Shown: piece after piece, positions 9,552-20,338 of the stretch
How the letters are laid out: every line of letters starts with the position of its first letter
Numbering within the stretch: position 1 is the stretch's first letter
Source: Gemmatimonadota bacterium
GTDB taxonomy: Bacteria; Gemmatimonadota; Gemmatimonadetes; Longimicrobiales; RSA9
DNA length: 64,000 nucleotides
Reading direction: 5' to 3'
Assembly: GCA_040905425.1 (NCBI GenBank)
Contig: JBBDRO010000080.1
Location: forward strand, 31,809-95,808
Translations under genes and position numbers: made by a program
Notes under the pieces: generated by a model
Seen by the model: the letters and a program-made list of their open reading frames with translations, nothing else
Told to the model about the DNA's origin: nothing
Databases searched by the model: none

Positions 9552-10958
9552 TCAGGCCCCGCCCGGCGCCGCCGTCCGCGCCGCCGTCCGCGCCGCCGTC
9601 CGCGCCGCCGTCCGCGCCGCCGCCCACGCCGCCGTCCGCGCCGCCGCCCACGCCGCCGCCCGCGACGCCGCTCCGCGCCCGGCCGCGCGGCCCGTGGCCC
9701 ACGCCCACAGGAAGTTGTGGCCGCCGATAGGGCCGAACGCATCGAGCAGTTCGCCGCACAGGAACAGCCCGGGACGGCAACGGCTCTCGAGCGTGGCCGG
9801 ATCCACCTCCCCGAGCGCCACTCCACCGCCCGTCACTTCCGCCTTCCTGTAGCCCTCGCTGCCGGTCCATGGCAGCGGGTACTCGGCCAGGGCCGTGAGC
9901 AGGCGCAGGCGCTCCTCCCTGCGTAGTTCGGAGCGCCTGCGGTCGGCAGGCACCCCGGCCTCGTCCAGGAGGCGCCTCGCCAGGCGTGCGGGCAGGTGGC
10001 GCTCCACCGCCGCGGCTACGCTGCCGGTCCCGTCCGCGTGAAGGAGCGCGTCCCACGCCTGCCGGTCCAGCGCCGGCACCCAGCGCACGCGGAGCTGCTG
10101 GTGCTCGCCCGCCATGGCCGACCGAACGGCCAGGTGGCTGGCGTCCAGGACCGCCGGTCCCGACCAGCCGCGGTGGGTGAAGAGAAAGCCGTCGGTGGTC
10201 GTGAAGCGCGGGCGGGCGCCAGGCGCATCCAGGCGCACCACGAGCGAGATGCCGGCGAGTTCCCCGTGCGGCGGTGGATCGGCCGTGAGCGGGGTGAGGG
10301 CGGGATAGGTGGCGTGCACAGTGTGCCCGAGCGCCTCGACCAGGCGCAGCCCGGTGCCGTCACTGCCGGTCCGGGGTACGGACAGGCCGCCGGTGGCCAG
10401 GATCACGGCGGCCACATGATGCTCCTCCGGCGCGGGAGTCGCGCCGCCCTCATGTGGCGCGCCGGGCGCCACGCGCACCACCCAGGACGCCCGCACATCG
10501 GGCGCGCCGCTACCCTCCGCGCCGGTCGGGGCGGTCAGGGCGGTCGCCTCCGCCTCCGGAGCCAGGCCGGTGACCGAACTGCCGAACCACGTGCGCACGC
10601 CCGCCGCGCGCACAGCCGCCACCAGGCCGTCACGTACGTCCCGGGCGCGGTTGGAGGCGGGAAAGAGCTTGCCGGTCTCTTCCTCCAGCACCATGGCCAT
10701 GCCGAGCTCGTGCTCGAAGAACGCCCGCTGCTCTTCCAGCGGCCAGGAGGCCAGCATGCGGCGCAGCGTATTGGGGGAGGAGTCGGTCACGTAGCGGCCC
10801 GGCTCGGCCCGACCCGGCAGCACATTGCAGCGGCCGCCCCCGCTGATGAGGATCTTCCGACCACCGTCCGCGGTGCGCTCCACGAGCACCACGTCGGCAC
10901 CGGCGCGGCCGGCGTGGAGCGCGGCCATCAGCCCCGCCGCCCCGGCGCCGATAACCAT
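9552..10958 (-). CDS. HI0933/BaiN-family NAD(P)/FAD-dependent oxidoreductase
   Basis: IGAGAAG, GRKILISGGGRCN, ATGGLS, LFTHRGWSGP, AEVTGGGV, GPIGGHN. Start approximate. Confidence 0.92.
   Translation of the reverse strand: MVIGAGAAGLMAALHAGRAGADVVLVERTADGGRKILISGGGRCNVLPGRAEPGRYVTDSSPNTLRRMLASWPLEEQRAFFEHELGMAMVLEEETGKLFPASNRARDVRDGLVAAVRAAGVRTWFGSSVTGLAPEAEATALTAPTGAEGSGAPDVRASWVVRVAPGAPHEGGATPAPEEHHVAAVILATGGLSVPRTGSDGTGLRLVEALGHTVHATYPALTPLTADPPPHGELAGISLVVRLDAPGARPRFTTTDGFLFTHRGWSGPAVLDASHLAVRSAMAGEHQQLRVRWVPALDRQAWDALLHADGTGSVAAAVERHLPARLARRLLDEAGVPADRRRSELRREERLRLLTALAEYPLPWTGSEGYRKAEVTGGGVALGEVDPATLESRCRPGLFLCGELLDAFGPIGGHNFLWAWATGRAAGRGAASRAAAWAAARTAAWAAARTAARTAARTAARTAAPGGA
9567..9662. 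repeat. 12-bp tandem repeat, 8 units (CGCCGCCGTCCG / CGCCGCCGCCCA)
   Basis: Directly visible; encodes the AART/AAAW-type C-terminal tail of the flavoprotein. Confidence 0.9.
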
Positions 10959-10980
10959 GACGGTGGCTCGAGGTGGGTGC

Positions 10981-11454
10981 CTACGAGGATTCCCCGGGCC
11001 GCTCGTAGGTGCCGACCAGCTCCGTCTGCTCCAGCACATGCCCGTGCAAGGCACCCTCCAGTTCCGCCTTCGTGGGCTCGCCCAGGTCACCCAGGAGGCG
11101 GTCCAGTGCGTAGAGCTTGAAGAAATAGCGATGACGGCCGATCGGGGGGCACGGCCCGCCGTATCCGGTACGCTCCCAGTCGTTCAGACCCTCACGCGCA
11201 CCCTCCGGCGGGACGCCGTCATCCAACCCCTTCACCTCGGTCGGGATGTCGTAGAGGACCCAGTGCACATAGGTGCGCTCCGGGGCCGCGGGGTCGGGCG
11301 CGTCGGGATCGTCCATGATCAGGGCCAGGCTCGCCGCGTCGGCGGGGACACCGGTCCACCGCAGCGGCGGCGCCGCGTCCCGGTCGTCACAGGTATGCTC
11401 GCGCGGGATCGGCCCGTGGTGGGTGAAAGACGGTGAGGTCAGTTCCAGGCTCAT
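10981..11454 (-). CDS. YbhB/YbcL (PEBP/Raf kinase inhibitor-like) protein
   Basis: DDPDAP, HWVLYDIP, YGGPCPP, HRYFFKLYALD. Confidence 0.93.
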   Translation of the reverse strand: MSLELTSPSFTHHGPIPREHTCDDRDAAPPLRWTGVPADAASLALIMDDPDAPDPAAPERTYVHWVLYDIPTEVKGLDDGVPPEGAREGLNDWERTGYGGPCPPIGRHRYFFKLYALDRLLGDLGEPTKAELEGALHGHVLEQTELVGTYERPGESS

Positions 11455-11490
11455 GACACGCCCCCCGGGTCTAGTGTTGGGTAGCCGACG

Positions 11491-13017
11491 CTACAGGATG
11501 TACTTGCGCAGGTCCTCGTCCTCCACGATGTCCTTGAGCCGATCACGCACCACCGCCGCGTCGATCTGGATCGGCCCCGCGGCGCCCTCCGGCAGATCGA
11601 AGAGGATCTGGTCCAGCAGCGTGGTCAGCACGGTGTGCAGCCGCCGGGCGCCGATGTTCTCCATACGCTGGTTCACGTCCGCCGCGATGCGCGCGATCTC
11701 CCGCACGCCATCATCCTGGAAGGTGATCTCCACCTGCTCCGTGCCCACGAGCGCCTGGTACTGGCGCAGCAGCGCGTTCTTGGGCTCCTGCAGGATGCGC
11801 ACGAAATCCTTCTCCGTCAGGGCATGCAGCTCCACCCGGATGGGAAAGCGGCCCTGCAGCTCCGGGATGAGATCACTGGGCTTGGAAACGTGGAAAGCCC
11901 CGGCCGCGATGAACAGCACGTGGTCCGTGCGCACCATGCCGTATTTGGTCTGCACAGTGCTGCCCTCCACGATCGGCAGTAGGTCCCGCTGCACCCCTTC
12001 CCGGGAGACGTCCGGTCCCGCCTGACTGCGCTCGCCCGCCACCTTGTCGATCTCGTCCAGGAAGACAATGCCCATGTCCTCCGTGCGCTCGAGCGCCTCG
12101 GTGACCACCTCGTCCATGTCCACGAGCCGCTCCAGCTCGTCCTGGAGAAGGATACGCCGCGCCTCGGTGACGCTTACCGTGCGCCGCTTGGTCTTCTTGG
12201 GCAGCATGTCCTGGAGCATCTCCTGAAAATTGAAGTCCATGCCATCCATCCCCATGGGCATCATCATGTTCTCCATGGGTGTGGACTGCTGGACCTCGAT
12301 GTCCACCATGCGCTCCTCGAGCTTGCCGTCCCGGAGCAGCGTGCGGAGCTTCTCGCGCGTGCGCTCGCGCCGCTCCCGGGCCTGCCGCTCGCTGGCGTCC
12401 TCCTGGCTCTCCTCCGCAATCTCCGTGGGCTCCGCCGAGCCCTCCGATCCCACCACGAACGCCCGCACGCGGGCCGGCCCGGCCGCTCGGTCCTTGCCCT
12501 TGCCGGGCGCCGCCTCCTCGGGCGGCGCCGGCAGCAGCAGGTCCAGCAGGCGCTCCTCCACCCGCCGCTGTGCCTCCTCCTCCACCTCCGCCTCGCGTTC
12601 GTCACGGACCAGGTTCACGGCCATGTCCACCAGATCGCGAATCATGGATTCCACGTCCCGGCCCACGTACCCGACTTCCGTGAATTTACTGGCCTCCACC
12701 TTCACGAAGGGGGCACCCGCCAGCCGCGCCAGGCGCCGCGCGATCTCGGTCTTGCCCACGCCGGTGGGGCCGATGAGGATGATGTTGTTGGGCACGATCT
12801 CGTCACGCAGATCGTCCTCCACGCGCTGGCGCCGCCAGCGGTTGCGCAGGGCAATGGCCACCGCGCGTTTGGCTTGGTCCTGGCCCACGATGTACTTGTC
12901 CAGCTCCGCCACGATCTGCCGGGGCGTCAGTTCGTCCAGCCACGGATTGTCAGCGCCATCACCAGCTTTGTCGGCGGGGGGCGTGGTGGGTGCGGCTTGG
13001 GCAGGTGCGTCGATCAC
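11491..13017 (-). CDS. hslU: ATP-dependent protease ATPase subunit HslU
   Basis: [47 protein letters not shown]. Confidence 0.97.
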   Translation of the reverse strand: MIDAPAQAAPTTPPADKAGDGADNPWLDELTPRQIVAELDKYIVGQDQAKRAVAIALRNRWRRQRVEDDLRDEIVPNNIILIGPTGVGKTEIARRLARLAGAPFVKVEASKFTEVGYVGRDVESMIRDLVDMAVNLVRDEREAEVEEEAQRRVEERLLDLLLPAPPEEAAPGKGKDRAAGPARVRAFVVGSEGSAEPTEIAEESQEDASERQARERRERTREKLRTLLRDGKLEERMVDIEVQQSTPMENMMMPMGMDGMDFNFQEMLQDMLPKKTKRRTVSVTEARRILLQDELERLVDMDEVVTEALERTEDMGIVFLDEIDKVAGERSQAGPDVSREGVQRDLLPIVEGSTVQTKYGMVRTDHVLFIAAGAFHVSKPSDLIPELQGRFPIRVELHALTEKDFVRILQEPKNALLRQYQALVGTEQVEITFQDDGVREIARIAADVNQRMENIGARRLHTVLTTLLDQILFDLPEGAAGPIQIDAAVVRDRLKDIVEDEDLRKYIL

Positions 13018-13595
13018 GTGGTATCACTCCCGGCGCCGGCGCTCTCGTCGAGCTCCAGCACCGTGATGTTGGCGTTGGTGTAGATGCAGATTTCGGCGGC
13101 AATCTCCAGCGAGCGCCGCACGATGTCCGGCGCGCTCAGCTCCGTGGCGCTCTTGAGCGCCCGCGCGGCGGCCAGCGCAAAGCTGCCGCCGCTGCCGATG
13201 GCGGCGATCTCGTCATCCGGCTCGATGACGTTGCCATCCCCGCTGATGACGAAGAGATGGCTGTGGTCGGCCACGGCCAGCAGCGCCTCCAGGCGTCGCA
13301 GATAACGATCCGTCCGCCAGTCCTTGGCCAGCTCCACGGCGGCCCGGGACAGGTTGCCCGGATAGCGCTCCAGCTTCTCCTCGAACTTCTCGAAGAGGGT
13401 GAACGCATCGGCCACCGACCCCGCGAACCCCGCCAGGATCTGGCCGTCCTTGAGCTTGCGCACCTTCTGGGCCGATCCCTTCATGACGGTGTCACCCATC
13501 GTGACCTGCCCGTCACCGCCCAGCGCCACCTGCCCGTTCTGCCGGACGGCCACGATGGTGGTGGCGTAGATCCCGTCTTCCCTGTGCCTCAACAT
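13014..13595 (-). CDS. hslV: ATP-dependent protease subunit HslV
   Basis: TTIVAV after a short propeptide, [25 protein letters not shown]. Confidence 0.97.
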   Translation of the reverse strand: MLRHREDGIYATTIVAVRQNGQVALGGDGQVTMGDTVMKGSAQKVRKLKDGQILAGFAGSVADAFTLFEKFEEKLERYPGNLSRAAVELAKDWRTDRYLRRLEALLAVADHSHLFVISGDGNVIEPDDEIAAIGSGGSFALAAARALKSATELSAPDIVRRSLEIAAEICIYTNANITVLELDESAGAGSDTT

Positions 13596-13727
13596 GTCCT
13601 CGCGTGCGTGTGCGCGATGCGGCCACCCGCGAAGGCGACCGCGGAGCCCGGCCAGCGACCGGTAACCCGTAAAGCTAGATGCAGGGGCCGCCGGGGTCCA
13701 GCCACGCGACGCAGCGGGGGCCGGCCC

Positions 13728-14645
13728 TCACGCCCGCGGAAACGCCTGCTCGTAGACCTTCTTCAGCCGCTCCGTGGAGGTGTGCGTGTAGATGCGCGTG
13801 GTGGACAGAGACGCGTGGCCGAGCAGTTCCTTGACGGCCATGAGGTCCGCCCCCGCGTCCAGCAGGTGGGTGGCAAAGGTGTGGCGCAGGGAGTGCACCG
13901 ACAGGCCGGCATCGCCGGCGGCCGCCTCCAGGAAGCCGCCCACGATCTGCTGCAGACGGCGGCGGGAGAGCCGGCGGCCATTGCCGCTGAGGAAAACCGC
14001 CTGCCGCTCGCCGCCGGGATGCTCCGCCAGCACCTCCCGCCGCCGTGGCTCGTAGCGGCGCAGCGCGCGGGCGGCGCTCCGCCCCACCGGCACGATGCGC
14101 TCCTTCCGACCCTTGCCCAGCACGCGCACCTGGTCCCCCACCAGGTCCAGCGCCGCCATGTCCAGCGTGTGCACCTCGGCCAGGCGCATGCCGGTGGCGT
14201 AGATCAGCTCCACGACGGCCAGGTCCCGCACGCCCCGGAAGCCCCCGTCAGCGGCACGGTCCTCGGCCAGCGTGAAGAGCCGTTCCACCTCGGGGCGGGT
14301 GAGCCATGCAGGCAGGTGCCGCTCGAGCTTCGGCGAGCGCACCGCCTTGGCCGGGTTGGAGGGCACGGCGTCCTCACTGTGCAGCCAGCGGAAGAAGGAG
14401 CGGACGGCGGAGAGCTTGCGGGCGATCGTGCGGCGCGCCAGCCCGCGCCGCGAGAGCTCGGCCAGGTAGGCGCGAAAGACCAGCCGGTCGGCGTCGGCCC
14501 ACGTCCAGTCCGCGGGCAGGGTGCGGTGCAGGAACTCGGTGAACTCGGCCAGGTCCCGGCGGTAGGCGGCCACCGTGTGCGGCGAGAGCTGCCGCCCCGA
14601 CTCGATCTCCGTGAGCCACGCCCCGAGCAGCGCACCGGCGTCCAT
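13728..14645 (-). CDS. xerC: Tyrosine recombinase XerC-like
   Basis: SPHTVAAYRRDL, TGMRLAE, GKGRKER, HSLRHTFATH, LLGHASLSTTRIY; lies between trmFO and hslV. Confidence 0.88.
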   Translation of the reverse strand: MDAGALLGAWLTEIESGRQLSPHTVAAYRRDLAEFTEFLHRTLPADWTWADADRLVFRAYLAELSRRGLARRTIARKLSAVRSFFRWLHSEDAVPSNPAKAVRSPKLERHLPAWLTRPEVERLFTLAEDRAADGGFRGVRDLAVVELIYATGMRLAEVHTLDMAALDLVGDQVRVLGKGRKERIVPVGRSAARALRRYEPRRREVLAEHPGGERQAVFLSGNGRRLSRRRLQQIVGGFLEAAAGDAGLSVHSLRHTFATHLLDAGADLMAVKELLGHASLSTTRIYTHTSTERLKKVYEQAFPRA

Positions 14646-15991
14646 CACGCCACCCCCACCGGCTCCGGCGCGGCCACCGCGGCCACCCCGCTCCCCTCCA
14701 TCCACGCCGCGAAGTCCCGCCGCGCCCGGGCCGCCTGCTCGGCCCGCCGCTCCGCCTTCTTGCGGATGGGCTCGGCGAGCGGCTCCAGGAGGCCGAAATT
14801 GGAGTTCATAGGCTGGAACTCCTTCGAGCTGGCCTCATTCAGGAAGCGGTAGAGCGCACCCAGCATGGTGGTGGGCGGCGGCAGCTCGGGCGGGACGCCG
14901 CGCACCAGCCGATCCAGATTCACGCCCGCCAGGATGCCCGAGGCGGCCGACTCGGTGTAGCCCTCCACCCCGGTGAGCTGCCCGGCGAACAGCACCTCCG
15001 GACGGGACGGATGGGCACCGTACCGGTTCAGCCGCGCCGGAAAGTTGAGGTAGGTATTGCGGTGGATGGAGCCCGTGCGCAGGAACTCCGCCCCCTCCAG
15101 CCCGGGGATCATGCGGAAGACGCGGCGCTGCTCACCGGTGCGCATGCGCGTCTGGAAGCCCACCATGTTCCACATCTGGCCGCGCCGGTCCTCGCGGCGC
15201 AGCTGGGCCACGGCCCATGGGCGCTTCCCGGTGCGCGGGTCCTCCAGGCCGATCGGCTTCATGGGCCCGAAGCGCAGCGTGTCCCTGCCCCGCTCCGCCA
15301 TCACCTCCACCGGCAGGCAGCCCTCGAAGTAGGGAATGTTCTCCCAGTGATGCCCCGCATACACCTCGGCCGCCAGCAGGGCGTCCACGAACGCCTCGTA
15401 CTCCTCCTTCGTGAACGGGCAGTTCACGTAGTCGTCCCCCTCCCCGCGGTCCCAGCGGGAGGCCATGAACGCCTGCTCGAAATCGATGGAGTCATGGGCC
15501 ACGATGGGCGCGATGGAGTCGTAGAACGCCAGCCCGTCGTCCCCCAGGAGGGCGGCGATCGCCGCGCTCAGCGCGTCGGAGGTGAGGGGGCCGGTGGCCA
15601 CGATGCCCGGGGAGGTGGGAAGCCGCGTCGCTTCACGCCGTTCCACGCGGATCCGCGGATGCCCGTACACGGCCTGGCTCATCCGCGCCGCGAACGCCTG
15701 CCGGTCCACCGCCAGCGCGGAGCCCGCCGCCACGGCCGAGGCGTCGGCCGCCGTGAGCAGGATGGAGCCCAGGTCACGCATCTCGGCCTTGAGCAGGCCG
15801 TGCGCGTTGGTGAGCTCCTGGCTCTTGAAGGAGTTGGTGCACACCAGCTCGGCCAGGTCGTCCGTCTGGTGGGCGGGGGTGGTGCGCACGGGGCGCATCT
15901 CCACGAGCGTGACGTGGTGGCCGCGCTCGGCCAGCTGCCAGGCCGCCTCGCAGCCCGCCAGCCCGCCGCCCAGAACGCTCACCTCAGCCAC
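14645..15991 (-). CDS. trmFO: Methylenetetrahydrofolate--tRNA-(uracil-54) methyltransferase
   Basis: GGGLAGCEAAW, ELVCTNSF, YFEGCLPVE, GPMKPIGL, AGQLTGVEGY. Confidence 0.96.
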   Translation of the reverse strand: MAEVSVLGGGLAGCEAAWQLAERGHHVTLVEMRPVRTTPAHQTDDLAELVCTNSFKSQELTNAHGLLKAEMRDLGSILLTAADASAVAAGSALAVDRQAFAARMSQAVYGHPRIRVERREATRLPTSPGIVATGPLTSDALSAAIAALLGDDGLAFYDSIAPIVAHDSIDFEQAFMASRWDRGEGDDYVNCPFTKEEYEAFVDALLAAEVYAGHHWENIPYFEGCLPVEVMAERGRDTLRFGPMKPIGLEDPRTGKRPWAVAQLRREDRRGQMWNMVGFQTRMRTGEQRRVFRMIPGLEGAEFLRTGSIHRNTYLNFPARLNRYGAHPSRPEVLFAGQLTGVEGYTESAASGILAGVNLDRLVRGVPPELPPPTTMLGALYRFLNEASSKEFQPMNSNFGLLEPLAEPIRKKAERRAEQAARARRDFAAWMEGSGVAAVAAPEPVGVA

Positions 15992-18412
15992 TCAGTCCCC
16001 CTTCTTGCGGCCGCTCCCCTTCTTCACCGTCCGCTTGGTGCGCGGCGACGGCTTCTGCTTGGCCTTGGCGCCCCGCCCGTTGCCGCGCGTGCTGGCCCGG
16101 GGGCCGCGCAGCAGCTCCATGCCGTCGTCCTCGGTGGGCGCGAACTCACTGTTGCACTGCGGACACTGCAGGAACTCACCCTTGGCCTTGGTGCTCTTCT
16201 TCACCACCAGGGCCGAGTCACACTGCGTGCACGCCTGCGCAATGGGCTCGTCCCACACCGACCAGTCACAGTCGGGATAGCGCGTGCAACCCCAGAACGG
16301 CTTGCCGCGCCGGGTGCGCTTCTCCCCGATGTCTCCCTCACCGCACTTGGGGCACTTGAGACCGGGCAGCGTCTTGGGCTGCGTGTACTTGCACTCGGGG
16401 TAGTTGCTGCAGGCAATGAACGCCCCGAAGCGGCCCTCGCGCTCCAGCATCTCGTTGCCGCACCTGGGACACTCCAGCCCGGTGGGCTTGGGCTCGGCCT
16501 TCTCCCGCTCGTCCAGCGAGATGGTCTCGCGGCACTCGGGGTAGCCGGTGCAGCCCAGGAAGCGGCCGTAGCGGTTCCAGCGCACCTGCATGGGCTTGCC
16601 GCACGTGGGGCAGTCGCGGCCCTCCTCCCCGGTGACCGTCTCCTGGATCATCTCGCTGCCGCGGGCCTGGCTCTCCTCCAGCCGCTTCGAGAACGGGCCG
16701 TAGAAGTCCTGCAGCACCCGGCGCCAGTCCAGCTCGCCCTCCTCCACCTTGTCCAGCTCCAGCTCCATGGTGCTGGTGAAGTCCACGGTGAAGATGTCGG
16801 GGAACATGCGCACCAGCACCGCGGCCACGGTCTCACCGAGCGGCGTGGTCTCGAAGCGCTTCTTGACCAGATCCACATACTTGCGGTCCGTGATGGTGGA
16901 GATTATCTGCGCGTACGTGGAGGGCCGGCCGATGCCGAGCTTCTCCAGTTCCTTGACCAGGCTGGCCTCCGTGAAGCGCGGGGGCGGCTGGGTGAAGTGC
17001 TGCGCCGGGACGATCTCCTTCAGGGCGCACTGCTCCCCCTTCTCCACCTGGGGAAGCGGATCCATGTCATCCAGCGTGCGATGGTCGCCCTCCTCGCGCG
17101 CCTCCGTGTAGAGGCGGGTGAAGCCGTCGAACTTCATGACGGAGCCCGTGGCGCGGAAGAGGTAGCGCGCGTCGTCGTTGCCCCGGATGTCGAAGTCCAC
17201 CGTGGTCGTGTCGAAGACGGCCGGGGCCATCTGCCCGCCCACGAAGCGCAGCCAGACCAGCTCATAGAGGCGGAGCTGGTCCTTGTCCAGGTAGGACTTC
17301 AGGCTGTCAGGCGTGCGCGAAGGGTCGGTCGGCCGGATGGCCTCGTGGGCCTCCTGGGCGCCCTTGGACTTCTTGCCGCCCCAGAGGCGCGGACTGGAGG
17401 CCAGGTACTTCTTGCCGAAGGAGCCCTCCACCCAGGCGCGCCCGGCACCCACCGCCTCGGGCGAGACGCGCGTGGAGTCCGTACGCATGTAGGTGATGAG
17501 CCCCATGGCGCCCTCGGCGCCCAGGTCCACGCCCTCGTAGAGGCCCTGCGCCACGCGCATGGTGCGCTTGGCGGTGTAGCCCAGGCGCTTGGCCGCCTCC
17601 TGTTGCAGCGTGGAGGTGGTGAACGGGGCGGGCGGATTCTTGACCCGCTCGCGCCGCTTCACGTCCGTGATCTCGAACGGCTTGCCGCGCACGGCGTCCA
17701 GCACCGCGGTGGCGGCGGCCTCATTCTCCAGCTTGAAGGCCTTGCCCCGGATCTGGTGCAGCTTGGCCTCGAAGGCCTGCGCGTCCTTCTCCAGGTGCGC
17801 GGTGATGGACCAGTACTCCTCGGCCACGAAGGCGCGAATGGCCGCCTCGCGCTCGGCAATGAGGCGCAGCGCCACCGTCTGCACGCGGCCGGCGGAGAGC
17901 CCCGGACGGATGGGCTTCCACAGCAGCGGGCTCACCTGGTAGCCCACCAGGCGGTCCAGGATGCGGCGTGCCTGCTGCGCCTCCACCTTGCGCATGTCCA
18001 GGCTGCCTTCCTGCTCCAGCGCCCGCTGCACCGCGGCCTTGGTCACCTCGTGGAAGAGGACGCGCCGGAAGCGGTCGTTGCCCTCCTTGCCCGGCTCGTA
18101 GCCCAGCTGCTCCGCCACGTGGTAGGCAATGGCCTCACCCTCACGGTCGGGGTCGGTGGCCAGCAGGATCTCGGCCGCCTTGTCGGCGTCCCGGCGCAAC
18201 TCCAGGATCACCTTTCCCTTGCCGCGGATGGTGACGTAGCGCGGCTCGAAGTCGTTTTCCAGATCCACGCCCAGCTCTCGCTCCGGCAGATCGCGGATGT
18301 GCCCCACCGACGCCTTCACGCGGTAGCCGCTGCCGAGATATTTGCCGATCGTGCGCGCCTTGGCCGGCGACTCCACGATGACCAGCTTCGTGCCCTTGTT
18401 GCTTTCGCTCAT
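15992..18412 (-). CDS. topA: DNA topoisomerase I with C-terminal zinc ribbons and basic tail
   Basis: VIVESPAKA, ATDPDREGEAI, SAGRVQ, LITYMRTDS, GIGRPSTY, four Cys4-type ribbons. Start ATG 18412 overlaps the aroK stop. Confidence 0.97.
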   Translation of the reverse strand: MSESNKGTKLVIVESPAKARTIGKYLGSGYRVKASVGHIRDLPERELGVDLENDFEPRYVTIRGKGKVILELRRDADKAAEILLATDPDREGEAIAYHVAEQLGYEPGKEGNDRFRRVLFHEVTKAAVQRALEQEGSLDMRKVEAQQARRILDRLVGYQVSPLLWKPIRPGLSAGRVQTVALRLIAEREAAIRAFVAEEYWSITAHLEKDAQAFEAKLHQIRGKAFKLENEAAATAVLDAVRGKPFEITDVKRRERVKNPPAPFTTSTLQQEAAKRLGYTAKRTMRVAQGLYEGVDLGAEGAMGLITYMRTDSTRVSPEAVGAGRAWVEGSFGKKYLASSPRLWGGKKSKGAQEAHEAIRPTDPSRTPDSLKSYLDKDQLRLYELVWLRFVGGQMAPAVFDTTTVDFDIRGNDDARYLFRATGSVMKFDGFTRLYTEAREEGDHRTLDDMDPLPQVEKGEQCALKEIVPAQHFTQPPPRFTEASLVKELEKLGIGRPSTYAQIISTITDRKYVDLVKKRFETTPLGETVAAVLVRMFPDIFTVDFTSTMELELDKVEEGELDWRRVLQDFYGPFSKRLEESQARGSEMIQETVTGEEGRDCPTCGKPMQVRWNRYGRFLGCTGYPECRETISLDEREKAEPKPTGLECPRCGNEMLEREGRFGAFIACSNYPECKYTQPKTLPGLKCPKCGEGDIGEKRTRRGKPFWGCTRYPDCDWSVWDEPIAQACTQCDSALVVKKSTKAKGEFLQCPQCNSEFAPTEDDGMELLRGPRASTRGNGRGAKAKQKPSPRTKRTVKKGSGRKKGD

Positions 18413-18957
18413 GCCTGTCCGTTGTAGTTGTCCACCGGCGCGCCGATGCGCTCGGCGAGCCATGCTTCGATTTCGCGTGTGATGTCCTCCGACGTCCGGC
18501 CCACGGCGTCCACCGCCAGGTCGGCGTGGGCGGCATAGAGAGGCTCACGCGCGGCCAGGAGCCGTTGCGCCGTCTCTTCGGGGTCCCCCTCCGCAAGCAT
18601 GGGCCGGACCGCCGTCTCGCGCCGTGCCCGCAGCACCGCCGTCTCCGCGTCCACCCGTAGCCAGACGTAGACCGTGCCGTCACCCAGCGCCGCGGGCAAC
18701 TCCGCATTCGTGATCCACCCCGCGCCTGGCGCCAGCACCATCCGGCGCCGCGCGGCCACATCGGCCGTGGCGGCCGCCTCCTCCGCACGGAACGCGTGCT
18801 CGCCGTGCCGGAAGATGGCCTCCACCGACTGCCCGGTGCGCAGCGTGATCAGCTCGTCCAGATCCACGAACTCCCAGTCCAGCCGGTCCGCCAGCAGGCC
18901 CCCGACCGTGGTCTTCCCCGCCGCCATGAAGCCGAGCAGGACCACGCGCTCGATCAC
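18409..18957 (-). CDS. aroK: Shikimate kinase
   Basis: LLGFMAAGKTTVG, DLDELI, GEHAFR, RPML, REPLY. GTG start with AAGGA RBS. Confidence 0.92.
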   Translation of the reverse strand: MIERVVLLGFMAAGKTTVGGLLADRLDWEFVDLDELITLRTGQSVEAIFRHGEHAFRAEEAAATADVAARRRMVLAPGAGWITNAELPAALGDGTVYVWLRVDAETAVLRARRETAVRPMLAEGDPEETAQRLLAAREPLYAAHADLAVDAVGRTSEDITREIEAWLAERIGAPVDNYNGQA

Positions 18958-18988
18958 GCCCCGTTCCTTGTAAGCGACGATGCTACGC

Positions 18989-20266
18989 TCACTTCGCGTC
19001 GCGCTCGCGCTTCCGGGCCACCGCCTCCTCCGGCGGCGCCGCGGCTGCCTCCCCGCCGGCCTCGTCCAGGCGGGCGGCCCGCTCGGCCAGGCGGTCCAGG
19101 TAGCTCTCCAGATTGGCCCGCGTCTCCGCCACACTGTCCCCGCCGAACTTCTCCAGGAAGGCGTCGGCCAGCACGATGGCCACCATGGCCTCACCCACCA
19201 CCCCCGCGGCCGCAAGCGCCACCACGTCGCTGCGCTCGCGCACGGCCTCGGCCGGCGAACCGGTACGCGTGTCCACGCTCTTCAGCGGCCGCATCAGCGA
19301 GGAGAGCGGCTTCATGGCCACCCGCGCCACCAGCGGCGCCCCCGTGGTGATGCCGCCCTCCAGGCCGCCGGCGTTGTTGCGTGTGCGGCGATACCCCCCG
19401 GTGGCGCGGTTGTTCGGCTCGCGCTCGATCTCGTCGTGGACGTCGGAGCCGTGCCGGCGGGCCGCTTCGAAGCCCAGACCGATCTCCACGCCCTTCATGG
19501 CCTGGATGCTCATGAGGGCGCCGGCCAGGCGCCCATCGAGGCGGCGATCCCATGCCACGTGTGAGCCCAGCCCCACGGGCAGCCCGCGCGCCACCACCTC
19601 GAAGACACCGCCCAGCGTATTGCCGCCCCGCCGCGCCTCGTCGATCGCCTCGATCATGCGGGCTTCCGCCTCCGCGTCCAGCGTGCGCAGCGGGGAGGCA
19701 TCCGCCACGGCGTTGATGTCCTCCGGGAGCTCGCCCGGCATCGTCGCTTGAACAGGGCCCAGCGAGACGATATGGCTGCCGATGCGCACACCGAACTCGG
19801 CCAGCAGCCGCTTGGCCACCGCACCCGCCGCCACGCGGGCGGTGGTCTCCCGGGCCGAGGCGCGCTCCAGGATGTCCCGCGCGTCATCACGGTCGTACTT
19901 GAGGATGCCCGCCAGGTCCGCGTGCCCGGGGCGCGGCAGGTGCACGCGGCGGAGCTGCTTCTCCTCCACGTCGGCCGCGGGCGCGGCGGCGGCCATGGCC
20001 GTCTCCCAGTTCTGCCAGTCCCGGTTCCACACCAGCAGGGCAATGGGCGCGCCCAGCGTCTGCCCCAGCCGGATGCCGGCCAGCGCCTCCGCCCGGTCCT
20101 GCTCGATCTTCATGCGCCCGCCGCGCCCGTAGCCGCCCTGGCGGCGGCGCAGGTCCTCATCCACGTCGGTGGCCAGATCCAGCGGCAACCCCGCGGGCAC
20201 CCCCTCGATGACGGTGACCAGCCCCCGGCCGTGTGATTCTCCCGCCGTGGTGAAGCGGAAATGCAT
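18989..20266 (-). CDS. aroC: Chorismate synthase
   Basis: TAGESHG, RRQGGYGRGGRM, RPGHADL, ERASARET, GGLEGG, ERSD. Confidence 0.97.
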   Translation of the reverse strand: MHFRFTTAGESHGRGLVTVIEGVPAGLPLDLATDVDEDLRRRQGGYGRGGRMKIEQDRAEALAGIRLGQTLGAPIALLVWNRDWQNWETAMAAAAPAADVEEKQLRRVHLPRPGHADLAGILKYDRDDARDILERASARETTARVAAGAVAKRLLAEFGVRIGSHIVSLGPVQATMPGELPEDINAVADASPLRTLDAEAEARMIEAIDEARRGGNTLGGVFEVVARGLPVGLGSHVAWDRRLDGRLAGALMSIQAMKGVEIGLGFEAARRHGSDVHDEIEREPNNRATGGYRRTRNNAGGLEGGITTGAPLVARVAMKPLSSLMRPLKSVDTRTGSPAEAVRERSDVVALAAAGVVGEAMVAIVLADAFLEKFGGDSVAETRANLESYLDRLAERAARLDEAGGEAAAAPPEEAVARKRERDAK

Positions 20267-20338
20267 GGCTTCCCTTCCCCGTAAGCAGAGAGCCCGGACG
20301 CGCCGGGCTCTCCAAAGTTCCATTCGTGCTTCCGGCCC

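Noticed and set aside
13563..13595. HslV N-terminal extension as a novelty
   Set aside because: Short propeptides before the catalytic Thr are common in HslV/ClpQ proteins.
13728..14645. Phage/island integrase or adjacent dif site
   Set aside because: Sits in the conserved topA-trmFO-xerC-hslVU order, so it is the chromosomal recombinase; no dif-like sequence was spotted.
15011..18427. 1138-aa plus-strand ORF, and similar long shadow ORFs (12990-14852, 24673-26916, 39811-42228, 43723-45927)
   Set aside because: Antisense shadows of real genes caused by GC-rich codon bias; no recognisable motifs.
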